Made by a program: the position numbers and the translations under genes. From Chrysomallon squamiferum (Eukaryota > Animalia > Mollusca), in the NCBI GenBank assembly GCA_012295275.1, contig CM022666.1, positions 2,728,001 to 2,792,000 on the forward strand: DNA of 64,000 bases. The letters are read 5' to 3'. The notes under the pieces are model-generated. The model was not told where the DNA came from, did no database searches, and worked only from the letters and a program-made list of their open reading frames with translations. Below, piece by piece: positions 13,313 to 24,367 of this stretch. Within the stretch, counting starts at the first letter, position 1. Each line of letters begins with the position of its first letter.

Positions 13313-15875
13313 TTATATTTTTTTAATTTTTTCTTAAAGAAAGAAAAAAATGTATTAAAATCCTTTGAATAAATGAAAATGTGTGTGTGTGTGTGTGTGT
13401 GTGTGTTTGTGTGTGTTTGTGGTGTGAGTGCATACACATGTATTTTTGGGGGTATCCGTATATGTGGTTTTTGACTGTATGTATACAAGATGTGTTTTTG
13501 CTGTTTATAATAAACTACAAGAATGAATGTTATTCATAATAAACAATATCAGGGTGTACTTTTTTTTTTAAATATATTATTTTACTGTTCTTAATAAAGT
13601 GTGGTAATATCTACAGTGTTCATAGTAAAATACATCAGTGTATATAATGTTCATAATATAATGTAGCAATGTGTATAGTGTCCATGATATACTGATGTAA
13701 TAAATATACAATTCATAATATAATGTAGCGATGTGCATAGTGTTCATGATATACTGATGTAATGTGTATACTGTTCATAATATAATATAGCGATGTGTAT
13801 ACTGTTCATAATATAATGATGTAATGTGTATACTGTTCATGATATTCTGATGTAATGCATATACTGTTCATAATATACTGATGTAATGTGTATACTGTTC
13901 ATAATATACTGATGTAATGTGTATACTGTTCACAGAAACATGTAGTAACATGTTCACTGCTTATAATAAACTTGTTACACTGCATACAGTATTCAAAATG
14001 AAGTGTGCACAGTTCATAACAAATTACAGCTGTGCATCGAGTTCATACTATAGAGTATGTACTATGAATTGACAGATGGAGCAAAAAGTGCAATCCTTTA
14101 AAAACTCATACTTCCATCATGAGTTTGACTGCTGTAGGTATACATACATGTTACCCATTAGTGAGAAAGAAACTCCTCTGAATAATTAGGATGCTTCCAC
14201 TTACAGTTATCTTCAACATCAAAGAAATGTTTTAGTGGGTGAGTTATTCGTACAGTTCAGATCTGTACTCTGTGATGCTTACATAGTCTACCTTGACCAG
14301 GTGGGACGACAAGAAGCTTTCCTTGTGTTAACATCCAGGTGCTTTGTGTACGGTTCTGTTAACGAGATCATTAACATGGAAGACCCGATTATTTACCAGC
14401 TGTCAGCATGCCTTGGGAAAGACTGAGATAGTTTTGTGTTTAGTTACGGCTTAAGTGTGTTTGTAGGTTGAAGTAGCTGACATTGGTGTTGTCGTTTCAT
14501 TGTGGGTTTTTGGGGGTTTTTGTTGTTTGTGGTTGCATTTATGTGGTTGTGGTTGTGGTTAATGATTTTTGGTTGAATGTGATCGTGTGTGTTGGTGAAG
14601 TTGTTGATGTATGTGTGTGCATGTATATGTGTCTATGTGGGTCATTGTTTTTCTTATTTTTTTGTTAAATTTTTCTACCTGTTTATTTTTGGATTAGTAA
14701 TTAATTAATTAATTAATTAATTAATTTATTTATTTATTATGATTATTATTATTACTATTCTTCTTTTTCTTCTTAATAGTAGTAGTAATATTGTTATTAT
14801 TGTTAATATTGTCGTTGTTGTTGTAATTTTGTTTTTTTGAGTGAAAATTATCTGTGTATGTATCGGCATCTAAATGAGTGAGAGAAAGAGAGAGAGAGAG
14901 AGAGAGAGACTGTATTTAAGTAAGGGAATGATTTTTCTTACTTTTTTTTTTTTTTTTGCATGTTTATCAGAAGGTTTGTTTTTCTTTGTTAATTATTTTG
15001 TGCTCTTGTTAACATGTTCATGCATTCTTTTGTTAAAGTTCATTTATCTTCTTCAGGAATTGTTTCCAAATTTAAAATATTTAAAAACAAACACGAAGTG
15101 ATTGGAATGCTTCCACTTAAATTAATTTTTTTTTTTTTTTTTTTTTTTTAGACAGAGTTTACTTAAGTACTTTATATTTTTTAATTTACATACTTTCAGA
15201 AGGAATGTGGCTTCATTTATAGCACTTATGTAGCCTATGAATCTTAAACATTTTTGAACATTTATTCCAAATGATTTCTAAAAATATACAATTTTTCATT
15301 CTTCTCTATCCTTATTCATTGCAGATTTGAATAAATGCATAGTTAAATCATTAACAGGCATCATCCATTTACCTTTCACCAGTGCATTAACAAATATTCA
15401 CTCTGTATCTGATTTCAAGAATGATCTTTGCATCCTTAATTATCCATTATTTGCCAGTATATCTGCATTCACAAAGTCTAAATGAATAGTTTTTGGGATG
15501 TGGTTGTTTTTAAAATCATTAAAGTAAAATAAATAGACATGTCTGAGAGTAATGATCCTGTTATATACACGAAACTCATGGTATCCATTTGACTCTGACA
15601 TTAAAGCTTATTTAAAATTTCCATCAGACATTGTGTTTGAAGAGAAACATTTATCTTCTTTCAACTAATGTGGTGAGCCAGGCTGTAATGGAGAGAGACA
15701 TGAGCTTGTAGCAGGAAATGAAACAGTTTTGTGTTACTTAATAGTTCTCCAATGTATTTGCTTTTAATGACATCACTGTATGTAATAAGTTGATTTGGAA
15801 CACCTGGGTAGTTTCTGAGTTTATTTACTTTAATGTGTTGAGGTCTCAGAGATGGTAAATCAAATACAAATAGAA

Positions 15876-15907
<32 letters not shown>

Positions 15908-18900
15908 GTAGTATTTATTTTGCAGTTATGTGATTTTGTAACTCATTTATATATATACATTTAATCAGTGTTTATAGTTAAGATTTTGATTTTGTTCTTT
16001 TATTTGTCTTTATTTTTAATTCATAATTAAGGTGTTTTTTTTTTTTTTAAATTTTTAAAATTTTTATTTTTAATGATTTAGGCATGTTTATCTTTTCTAC
16101 TGGTTTTTATTATCTTTTTTCTTCTTTTTTTTTTCTCCTCTTTGTAATGTAATTAGTTTCTTCATTTAGTTACTTCTCTCTTGATGTAGCATCTTAAGGT
16201 AAAATGTGATTATCTTAGGAAGAGATAGATTTGAAGAAAAAATAAATCTAATTATTCTAGAAAAAAAAAGTTTGCTTACCCAGTTTTCTTAGTAGATGTC
16301 GTTAAATTGTGACGTTAGGGGTTTCTAAATATATTTCTTTTTCTTTATTTATTTTATTCTTTCATTTTTCTTTGATTCATTTTCTTAATTCTTTTCTTTG
16401 TTCCATATTTTCTTTCATACGCTTTCTTATTTTGTTTATTCTTTATTTTTCTTTGTTTAAAACATTTCTTTCTTCTTCTTCTTTTTTTTAAATGTAAATT
16501 AATTCAAAAATAATTCTAACCATATCAAGCAACAAGTTTTTTGCTTTCATTTTTCTTTGTTTTATTTTGTTTATTTATTATTATTATTTTTGTAAACGCT
16601 TTATCTAACTTCGTAAGCATAATTAGTAATAGCAAGCAAAAGCAAAATACCTTTGCATAAATAAAAACCAGTGAATCAAATCAATTATTTAATTAACTAA
16701 AGAAGTTCTATAACACTAAAATGATTAATTTAAATTATAGGTTCAGATATTTTAGGATTCGAATAAAACCCAAATATAAAATCAAATTATTGTTAACAGA
16801 TTGATTTGGTAACAGTTCACCAAAATGTTGACAATCAAAGGAAATCTGGTATTTGTTTGTAACTGTTGAAAATACATTAGTAATATTAAGTTCAGTATAT
16901 AACTATTTTTTTTTTTTTAGACACATCTACAATTGTTTTCTATGTTTTTATCATTTAAACAAAAGTACTTTTGCCGTTTAGGTTACAATAATCATCTATT
17001 TATTTTCTATCTCTCTGCTTCTCTTCCAAGCTATTTATTTTATCTTTTACCATAAATAATTGCACCTCTATTTATTTTAGCTTTTGTCTAAGAAAACATT
17101 TACCTTTCCGAAGATTTACAAGTCCAATGTTTAATGTTTTTCTTAACAAAAATGTCTGTTGTCATTAATACTTTGGAAAAAAAAAAAAAAAAAAAAAAAA
17201 TCTTTTGTCAGGAGAAAGACTAAAATAAATAAACATACACACACACTCTCTCTCTCTCTCTCGGTAACTGATTATCTTCAGTGTGCGAACATTCGCGTAC
17301 ACTTGTCAGGATTAGTGAAGAAAAGTGTCTGATAACCCAGTCATACTCTGCTTTCTTCAAGGACAGGCTCAATCTTTTTCTTTTTATCTGGAATTTGCTG
17401 ATAATAAAACTTGTTTTAGAACACTATTCAGGGTAGAGCCAAGGCTTCATAAAAAAGAAGAAAAAAGGGGGGGGTGTTATATGGGACATAATTTTCAAGA
17501 TTAAATGATTCTTCATTACATGGAAATTAAAAAATAAATTAAAAATTAAAAATATTGACCAAATAACATTCCTGTTAATGAAGCAAGGACTGCAGAAATG
17601 GCTTTACTGTGTGGAAGTCACCAAGTCGCAGAAGTTATTCTTTTATAGGCTTTTATGCAGATTAACCTTGTGGAATGTCCCTTGAAGTTGCAGATATCTT
17701 TTCATCAGAATTTTTTTGTCAAAAATAAAAATGGCTTTCTGCTTAAAATTAAAGGGCAAGGTACTGTGGATGTGAGTGCACCCTCTTCATCTTCGTATTA
17801 TCTCAGAATTTTCTTTTTAATGAGAATTTTCAGAACGAATAAAATGATTTTTTTTTTACTTTTACTGCTAGATCTTCCCTTGATCTGGAAACTTTCTTTT
17901 TATCAGAATTCCACTGATAATAAAATGGTTTTTTTGCTTATTTTCGGGATACCTAAGAATTTTCTATCTTTCAAAAAATCAGCAGAGATCTAGGCTATAG
18001 CTGTGCATCTTGTTTGTCATTATTTGCTATATTCTTTTTTCTTTTTTTTTTTTTTTTTTTTTTTTTTCACTCTTAGGGTTGGCAGGCCTGCTTTGATGTT
18101 TCAGCCTGATACAGTTCACTTTGGAGTATTTGTTTTTTAAAAATCTCAGCAGTTGCTGCTATATGTTGTCACTTGCCAGAAATAACTTGACGTCTGTTTT
18201 ATCATTTACTAATGGCAGCACTAATATAGAACCAATCAGTTTCATCTTGGCTATTGTTTCTCAAGCTGTTTTGCTAACATTTTATCCATAAACTTCTTTT
18301 ATCTCAAAAACACACTTGTTTTTTCTTCTTCTCCTTCTTCTTCTTCTTCTTCTTCTTCTTCTTCTTTTTTTTTTTTTTTGTTCAAGATATTTTGTCTGTC
18401 TATATCATTTCGGAGTTTTAGAAATTTCTAAACATACAAGAAGATTCTTGCACTAACATATTATTGAGGTCATGACTACAAATGACTAGGCTTTGCACAG
18501 CCCACTTTCACTGGTAATGTTGTTACAAGACGTATCTGTGGAATGCGGTGCTCAGGAATTCAAGGAGGAATTCCAGCTGTATCAGTGACAAATCAGTGTT
18601 GCACTGGAATAGGAAATTCCATGTATTATTTAACAGGGTGCTTGTTGAGTTAAACACAGACCAGAACTGATGTTGAGTGAGGTCATCTAAGCAGAGTTAG
18701 AGAATTCTGTGTTAAATAAATACTGTTGTTTCTAATATTAATTTGTTATATAAAATAAATAAATAAATAAATAAAACACAGACATGAACATATATCAATA
18801 AAAATCTTCTAAAAATTACAAAGTTAATATTGAAATTGAAAAAGATATGAGAAGAAAACAATTAATCAGTTCTTTGTTATTTCAGATTACAGTTGAAATG

Positions 18901-19086
18901 GATTAAGCAAATTATTCTTTATGTATGAGTTGTATTATAAAATTGTGCAGATATATAATCATATATAAATTAATGTATTAAGAAAAAACATTACCTCAAT
19001 TATCCAAGCCTCCTCCCCCCAAAAAACAAAGAAATAAAATCAGAGTTTTTAGAAAATAATAAATATTTGCTCTTGTATGAAGTATA

Positions 19087-19136
<50 letters not shown>

Positions 19137-21816
19137 ATGGGGATACATGTGAATATATACCTATCACACCTTTGATGGAAAGTAGTTCTTAATCAAAACC
19201 TTGCATAAACACATAACAAAATGTAGATTTCAGATTTCACATATTTATTTTTCATATCTTACAAAATATTGATAAAATTAGCTACATGTTATTATCCAAC
19301 ACAAAATGTATTTCAGATTCCAGATATCTCACTCATATATCATCTTCTTTTTTTTTTCTATCTGTCAAAATATTGAGATTAACCACGTGAAATTATTCTG
19401 ATAAAATTTGTTTTCAAATCTCCTATATTTGTCTATCACACACATATATATTTTTTCATAAATATATTTTAAAATGTACGATAGGCATATGTATTTTAAT
19501 TTTTAATTTTTTTTAATTTTTTTTTTTTTAATCTGGGAAAATATTGATAATTAACCCAACGTCAAAACTAACAACAATAATTTTATTTTCAGGCTGACAA
19601 GGTACAGTTCATTATCAACATAAAGGACATTCCTATTAAAGAAGCAAGGAATGCTGAAATGGCTTTATTGTGTGGAAATCACCAAGATGCAGAAGCTATT
19701 CTTTTACAGGCTGGACTTGTGTTTCGAGCCATTGCCCTCAACATTCAGCTGTACAATTTTGACAGGTTAGTTTCTGTGACATTTATAACATTTATTTACA
19801 TCTGTTAAATTTGTGAGTTAATCTGTTCTTAATTTAATGAGACCTAGATGCATTTTAGTGTTAATTAGCATGTACAAGCTCTTGTAAATACATTTTGTCC
19901 TGGATGTGAAAGGACACCATATTCTTTGATACACCAGACTTGATGATACAAAAGTACACACCATATTCTTTGACACACAAGTCTTAATGACATGAAAACA
20001 CACACTATATACACCACTTTGAGTACTTTCTGGAACAGGAAAAAAACCCTCTAATTTAGTCATAGGATTAATAAGCAACTCTGAATTTCAAACATTGTTG
20101 TAAAATCTGTTCATTGTGACATTGTTTTTTAAAATCATTTTACTAGACAGGTATATTATAATGGTAATGTTTAATTTTTGTAATTTTTCTTGTCATTGTC
20201 ACAGAGCTCTGGAACTTGCTGTCAAATTCAAGACTCACGTTGACACAGTGATTGCTCACAGACTTAAATATCTTCAGAGATTTGACAAGAAGGAAACGAA
20301 CAAAAGATTCCTGCAGTACCAGGAAGGGGTAAGTGTACGTGTGTATGTGTGTGTTTTAATTTTTCAGGGGCTAAGTGTATGTTTGTATATATTTTTTAAT
20401 ATTTGTTTTATAATTTCTTGGAAGAGGTAAGTGTTTTTGAGAAGTGTATGTTTCTATATTAATTTTTTCCAAATTCAAAGAAGAAAAAATGTATGTATAT
20501 TTGATAAAAAAAAAAATATTCAGGTTTTGTTGTATGGAACTATTAGTTGTTTGTATATGATTACATTAGTGATTTTAAAATTTGAAATTAAAAAAATTTT
20601 TTTTTTTTTTTTTTTTAAATTATTGAAAATTTCATTTTGATTGTCAGGATTGTTTATTTTTTTTTTTTATTTTTTTTTTAATATGTAATGTCTTTTTTTT
20701 TTTTTTTAACTGACATTAAAAAGACATTATTCTCCACTGAAAAAAAATCAACAACCAAAACTAAAAACCAGCCAGAAATGACAGGACAAAATGGAAGAGT
20801 TACTTTTATTTTAACATCATTCATTTATTTTTCATGCACATTTGTTACATTTCTGACATGAATGATGATAAACTGAATTTTACAAATCATTTCCTTTATC
20901 TTTTCGTTCTTATCATTTAATTCAAACTTGTACTTTAGTTGCTTTTTTTTGTTGTTTTGGTTAGTTTTGGTTTTTTTTTTTTTTTTAAGCTGTCTTTCCA
21001 AAAGGTAGATTAATTTTCTACACTCAAACATTTTGCTTATTTATTTTCTAATTTTGTTGACAGCTTTCATTTATATTCTGATTGTTGTGAACGCTTGTTG
21101 ATAAATGTTTTTAAGAAGATGACATTTTGAAGATAATGCATGTGATGGTTCTTTAGGATGTTACATATTTATTTATTTGCTCTTAACATTTCTTACATAA
21201 TTTGTTTCTGCTTCCCTTAACTCCCCCCACCCAACCCAAAGAAAAATAAAAAAATTTCAGAATTGTTTTTAGTTCATATTTTCATGCCAGTTTTTAAAAT
21301 CATTAATCTGATCGAAAATCAACCAAACAGAAAACAAAGATAAACCCCCCAAAAAAAAAAAAAAAAAAAAAAAAAAAATTAAAAAAAAAAATTAAAGAAA
21401 AAATGCCAGCAGAAAAAAATTGAAATAGGAAAACAAAATAAACAACAATTAACATAGTGTTAAGCAAATTATATATTTTTTGTTTTTTTTTTTTTGTTGT
21501 TGTTTTTTTACCCCATGAAATCTAATTAGTAAAAATACAGATGTCAAAGTAGAAATTGAAAAAAAATTAAAGCACTGTTTAACCTATGTTAATTAAAATT
21601 GTTTACTTTCTCAATATTATCTTTTTATTATTTTTAAGGGAATGAAGTTTTTTCTTATTGTTTTCTCAAACTGAAAGTTTAAAAAAGAATCAAAAAATTA
21701 AGTCAAAGTGTGAAAAAAGAAATAGTACAAAGAGGATGGTAATTGATTACATTTTGTTTTCTTTTGCTTATTTTCTCAAACTGGTGCAGTCAAAAAGTTT
21801 TAAAATAATAATAAGA

Positions 21817-21889
<73 letters not shown>

Positions 21890-22474
21890 AATAAAGTGAG
21901 AGAGAGAGAGAAAAAGGATTTGACCAAAAGCAGATGGGTATAGGCCACATTCATTTTTAAAAATAAAATATATTTTTTTTTATTTTCTACAAACTGATGG
22001 TGTAGAAATTAATTTATTATTATTATTATTTATTATTATTTTAAATAAGTAAAAACAGATAAAAAAGATTTAAAAAAAGAAGAAGCTAAAAAAGGGAATA
22101 GTGTCAGAAGAGAACTCATGCAGAAGTAATTAGCCAGCTATCGGCTTTTTGATACATCTCACACGTATTGTAATGGCCAACTTGACTGCACGTTCCTTTT
22201 CACTGACAAACGTGACTCTGTCAGTCATCAGTTTGTTTCTGTTGCATCGTTACATCACCAACAGCTGCTGCGTCTTCTGCAGCTGCACCTTCAACACCAG
22301 TCAGTGAAAGCAATGAGAATGAGATAAATTCCTTTGTGTTTGAAAAAGAAACAAACCAGCGAACCTTTGGCTGGTAATGTTATAGGTTAGGAAAGCAAAA
22401 AGAGAGGTGATTATTGTGAATTATGAAGAAGAGACAACAGATGAACAGCAATATATTAAAAAGAAGTGTTAGTG

Positions 22475-22532
<58 letters not shown>

Positions 22533-23475
22533 CATGTTATTTAAAACAAATGGACAATATATAAAAATTTAATAAGTTTTGGAAAACAATTTTTTATTGT
22601 TATTAAAGTGTCAGTCATAAGATTTTCTTTTATAATAATATTAAAGACAAAACTGAGTTATTCTTACTAGTTCACAGTAAAAGATATTTAGTATGGTTCC
22701 TTCCCAGAGGCAGAAAAAAAAAAACATTGACCTTTGATAAATATGTAAGTGTTCATTTTGCTGGTATGAAACAGAGTATTTTTGTCCAAAGATATTTCCT
22801 CCTGTTTTTTTTTTCTTGTTGTAAAATAAATATTTATTTACATTATTTTGTTATATAGTATTATCATTTAGTTATTTGTACCTGCTTTTAATTTTTATTT
22901 TTTTTTATTATTTATTTTTTTATTATTATTTTGTTTTAGATTTTTTTTTTTTTTAAATTGAAAAACAAAAAAAATATGAAAAAAAATGGGTGAAGAAAGG
23001 TAGCACACTTAAACTAATTACTGTTGTAATTATAATTATTAGATGAGGTTGGAAATAACTCGTGAAAATTGAAAAAAGAAACAAGAACCAGTATCGTATT
23101 ACAGTTAATGGTTTGTCTAAAAATATCTGACATTATGATGTACTTTCGTCTTTAAAACTCATTTTAACTTCTTTTTTTTTCTTTTTTTTTTCTTACACAA
23201 ATAATGTAGCTCATGTATCATGTTTGTTTCTCTTTTCTGAAATATTTTGACTAAAATACGTTTAAAATTTTTACAGTAAATTACGTTTTAGCATTTATAT
23301 TCATTATTTCTTATCTTTAAAATATATTGATTGCTCAATAAATGATCAAATTTTCTTTCTTTCTGTCTTTTTTTTTCTTTCATTCTTTTTTGTTTTTATT
23401 GTTATATTTTTTATTTCATTATTATTTTTGTTTTGAGGGGGGCTGGGGTAGTGTATTTCCCATTATACCGAGATA

Positions 23476-23511
<36 letters not shown>

Positions 23512-24367
23512 TAATACTAATACACGTACACAAACAGCCACAAAATCAGCAACACATAAAAACACATATACACATTCACTCAACCATAGAAACAAATGCA
23601 TTTCTCAAGCCATACACAAAATACAAACATTTTCAGAGAGATCATTTTAAAAATATTCTATTACTTATATTAATTTCTTTTTCCAATTTTTTTCTTTTTA
23701 AACGTAAAAAATCTGTACTCAATTTTTTTGCCATGATCTGCCTCATCTACAGATTCAGAATAAAGTGCATTAAGAAAGAGCATTAAGTGTGAATTTTTAA
23801 ACAATTTCTTTCTTTTTTTTTCTCTTTAAATTATTATTATTATTATTATTATTTTTATTTTTATTTTTATTTTTTTTTTTTGGTTACTTACCAAGAATCT
23901 GTTTGGAATAGAATGAAAAGAATTTTGCAAGATTTTTTTTTTTTACAAGTTTGATTTGTAATTTTAATAATAATTTTAATGAGGATTATGTAATTTTAAA
24001 TTAATCTATTAACTTTTATTTACTTTTCTCTTTATTATTTATTTATTTATTTTATTTATTTAGATATGTTTTCATTTTTCTTTTAATTATTAATAAGAAC
24101 AATGATCCATCCTTCCCCACGATATCAAGACCAACATTTAAAAAAAAAATTTTTTTTACCAGTTTATTACAATGACTGGGTATCATTTAACAACATTTTA
24201 AATTTGTTTTAATTAATTCATTAATTTATTTATTTATTTATATTAATTTATTTCAGATTGAAATCGACTGGGAGAAGATCGAGGCTAAGATAGAGATGGA
24301 GTATCAGAAGGAACGGGAACGACCTACAGCAACATCAAGTGCAAGGACTAAAGAACATCGCATTTAA
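2136..24367 (+). CDS. IFT80: Intraflagellar transport protein 80 (WD40, IFT-B), whole gene span, 18 coding exons, ~779 aa
   Basis: Hand-spliced exons give [22 protein letters not shown]...WKAHEG...WSYALEKP...[12 protein letters not shown]...[15 protein letters not shown]...[15 protein letters not shown], matching IFT80 family motifs. Summed CDS is 2340 nt if one extra base at 9554 is ignored. Confidence 0.97.
2173..3058 (+). other. IFT80: U12-type (minor spliceosome) AT-AC intron of IFT80
   Basis: 5' ATATCCTTT, branch site TTCTTAAC 3042-3049, 3' end ...gcAC. Splicing restores C|AT (His) and the frame [14 protein letters not shown]. Confidence 0.93.
2955..3035. repeat. (TACA)n-type microsatellite abutting the U12 branch point
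   Basis: catacatacctacatacttac... tandem. Confidence 0.85.
3059..3286 (+). CDS. IFT80: IFT80 exon 2
   Basis: [23 protein letters not shown]...TSTDG; donor G|gtaaat. Confidence 0.95.
3661..3771 (+). CDS. IFT80: IFT80 exon 3
   Basis: [36 protein letters not shown]; aag|...|gtaaga. Confidence 0.95.
4270..4338 (+). CDS. IFT80: IFT80 exon 4
   Basis: [23 protein letters not shown]; tag|...|gtaagt. Confidence 0.95.
5067..5176 (+). CDS. IFT80: IFT80 exon 5
   Basis: [36 protein letters not shown]; cag|...|gtaagt. Confidence 0.94.
5722..5811 (+). CDS. IFT80: IFT80 exon 6
   Basis: [30 protein letters not shown]. Confidence 0.95.
6070..6207 (+). CDS. IFT80: IFT80 exon 7
   Basis: [46 protein letters not shown]. 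Confidence 0.95.
6758..6882 (+). CDS. IFT80: IFT80 exon 8
   Basis: [41 protein letters not shown]. Confidence 0.95.
7394..7642 (+). CDS. IFT80: IFT80 exon 9
   Basis: RLEWKNFE...[12 protein letters not shown]...[21 protein letters not shown]. Confidence 0.95.
8090..8253 (+). CDS. IFT80: IFT80 exon 10
   Basis: [23 protein letters not shown]...[15 protein letters not shown]. Confidence 0.95.
8778..8842 (+). CDS. IFT80: IFT80 exon 11
   Basis: [21 protein letters not shown]; donor AAG|gtagat. Confidence 0.93.
9060..9545. repeat. Degenerate tandem repeats (~60/120-bp units)
   Basis: Recurring ttctagctgttttaatatt / gcatcaaatatattcatttctttctgttt. Confidence 0.8.
9554..9690 (+). CDS. IFT80: IFT80 exon 12 (one surplus base at its 5' end)
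   Basis: [28 protein letters not shown]...VKL reads from 9555, but the AG acceptor ends at 9553. Confidence 0.88.
10075..10350. repeat. ~29-bp minisatellite
   Basis: ttctgatttttatctcactatttttaata repeated about 9 times. Confidence 0.9.
10364..10511 (+). CDS. IFT80: IFT80 exon 13
   Basis: [49 protein letters not shown]. Confidence 0.95.
11172..11335. repeat. (AAT)n microsatellite
   Basis: Direct reading. Confidence 0.9.
11349..11520 (+). CDS. IFT80: IFT80 exon 14
   Basis: [14 protein letters not shown]...ISPYPSILH...ALRLCRFVK. Confidence 0.95.
11640..11910. repeat. Compound (GATA)n microsatellite
   Basis: gatagatag / gatacagataggttgatg units. Confidence 0.88.
11983..12072 (+). CDS. IFT80: IFT80 exon 15
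   Basis: [30 protein letters not shown]. Confidence 0.95.
13610..13935. repeat. ~29-bp minisatellite
   Basis: tgttcataatatactgatgtaatgtgtatac repeated about 10 times. Confidence 0.9.
17566..17651 (+). pseudogene. Degenerate partial copy of IFT80 exon 16 inside intron 15
   Basis: Colinear with 19627-19712, about 10 mismatches in 86 nt by hand count, CAG>TAG stop, acceptor and donor missing. Confidence 0.9.
19593..19765 (+). CDS. IFT80: IFT80 exon 16
   Basis: [28 protein letters not shown]...[25 protein letters not shown]. Confidence 0.95.
20205..20328 (+). CDS. IFT80: IFT80 exon 17
   Basis: [41 protein letters not shown]. Confidence 0.95.
24257..24367 (+). CDS. IFT80: IFT80 terminal coding exon
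   Basis: [36 protein letters not shown]; TAA 24365-24367. Confidence 0.94.
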   Translation: MEIDWEKIEAKIEMEYQKERERPTATSSARTKEHRI

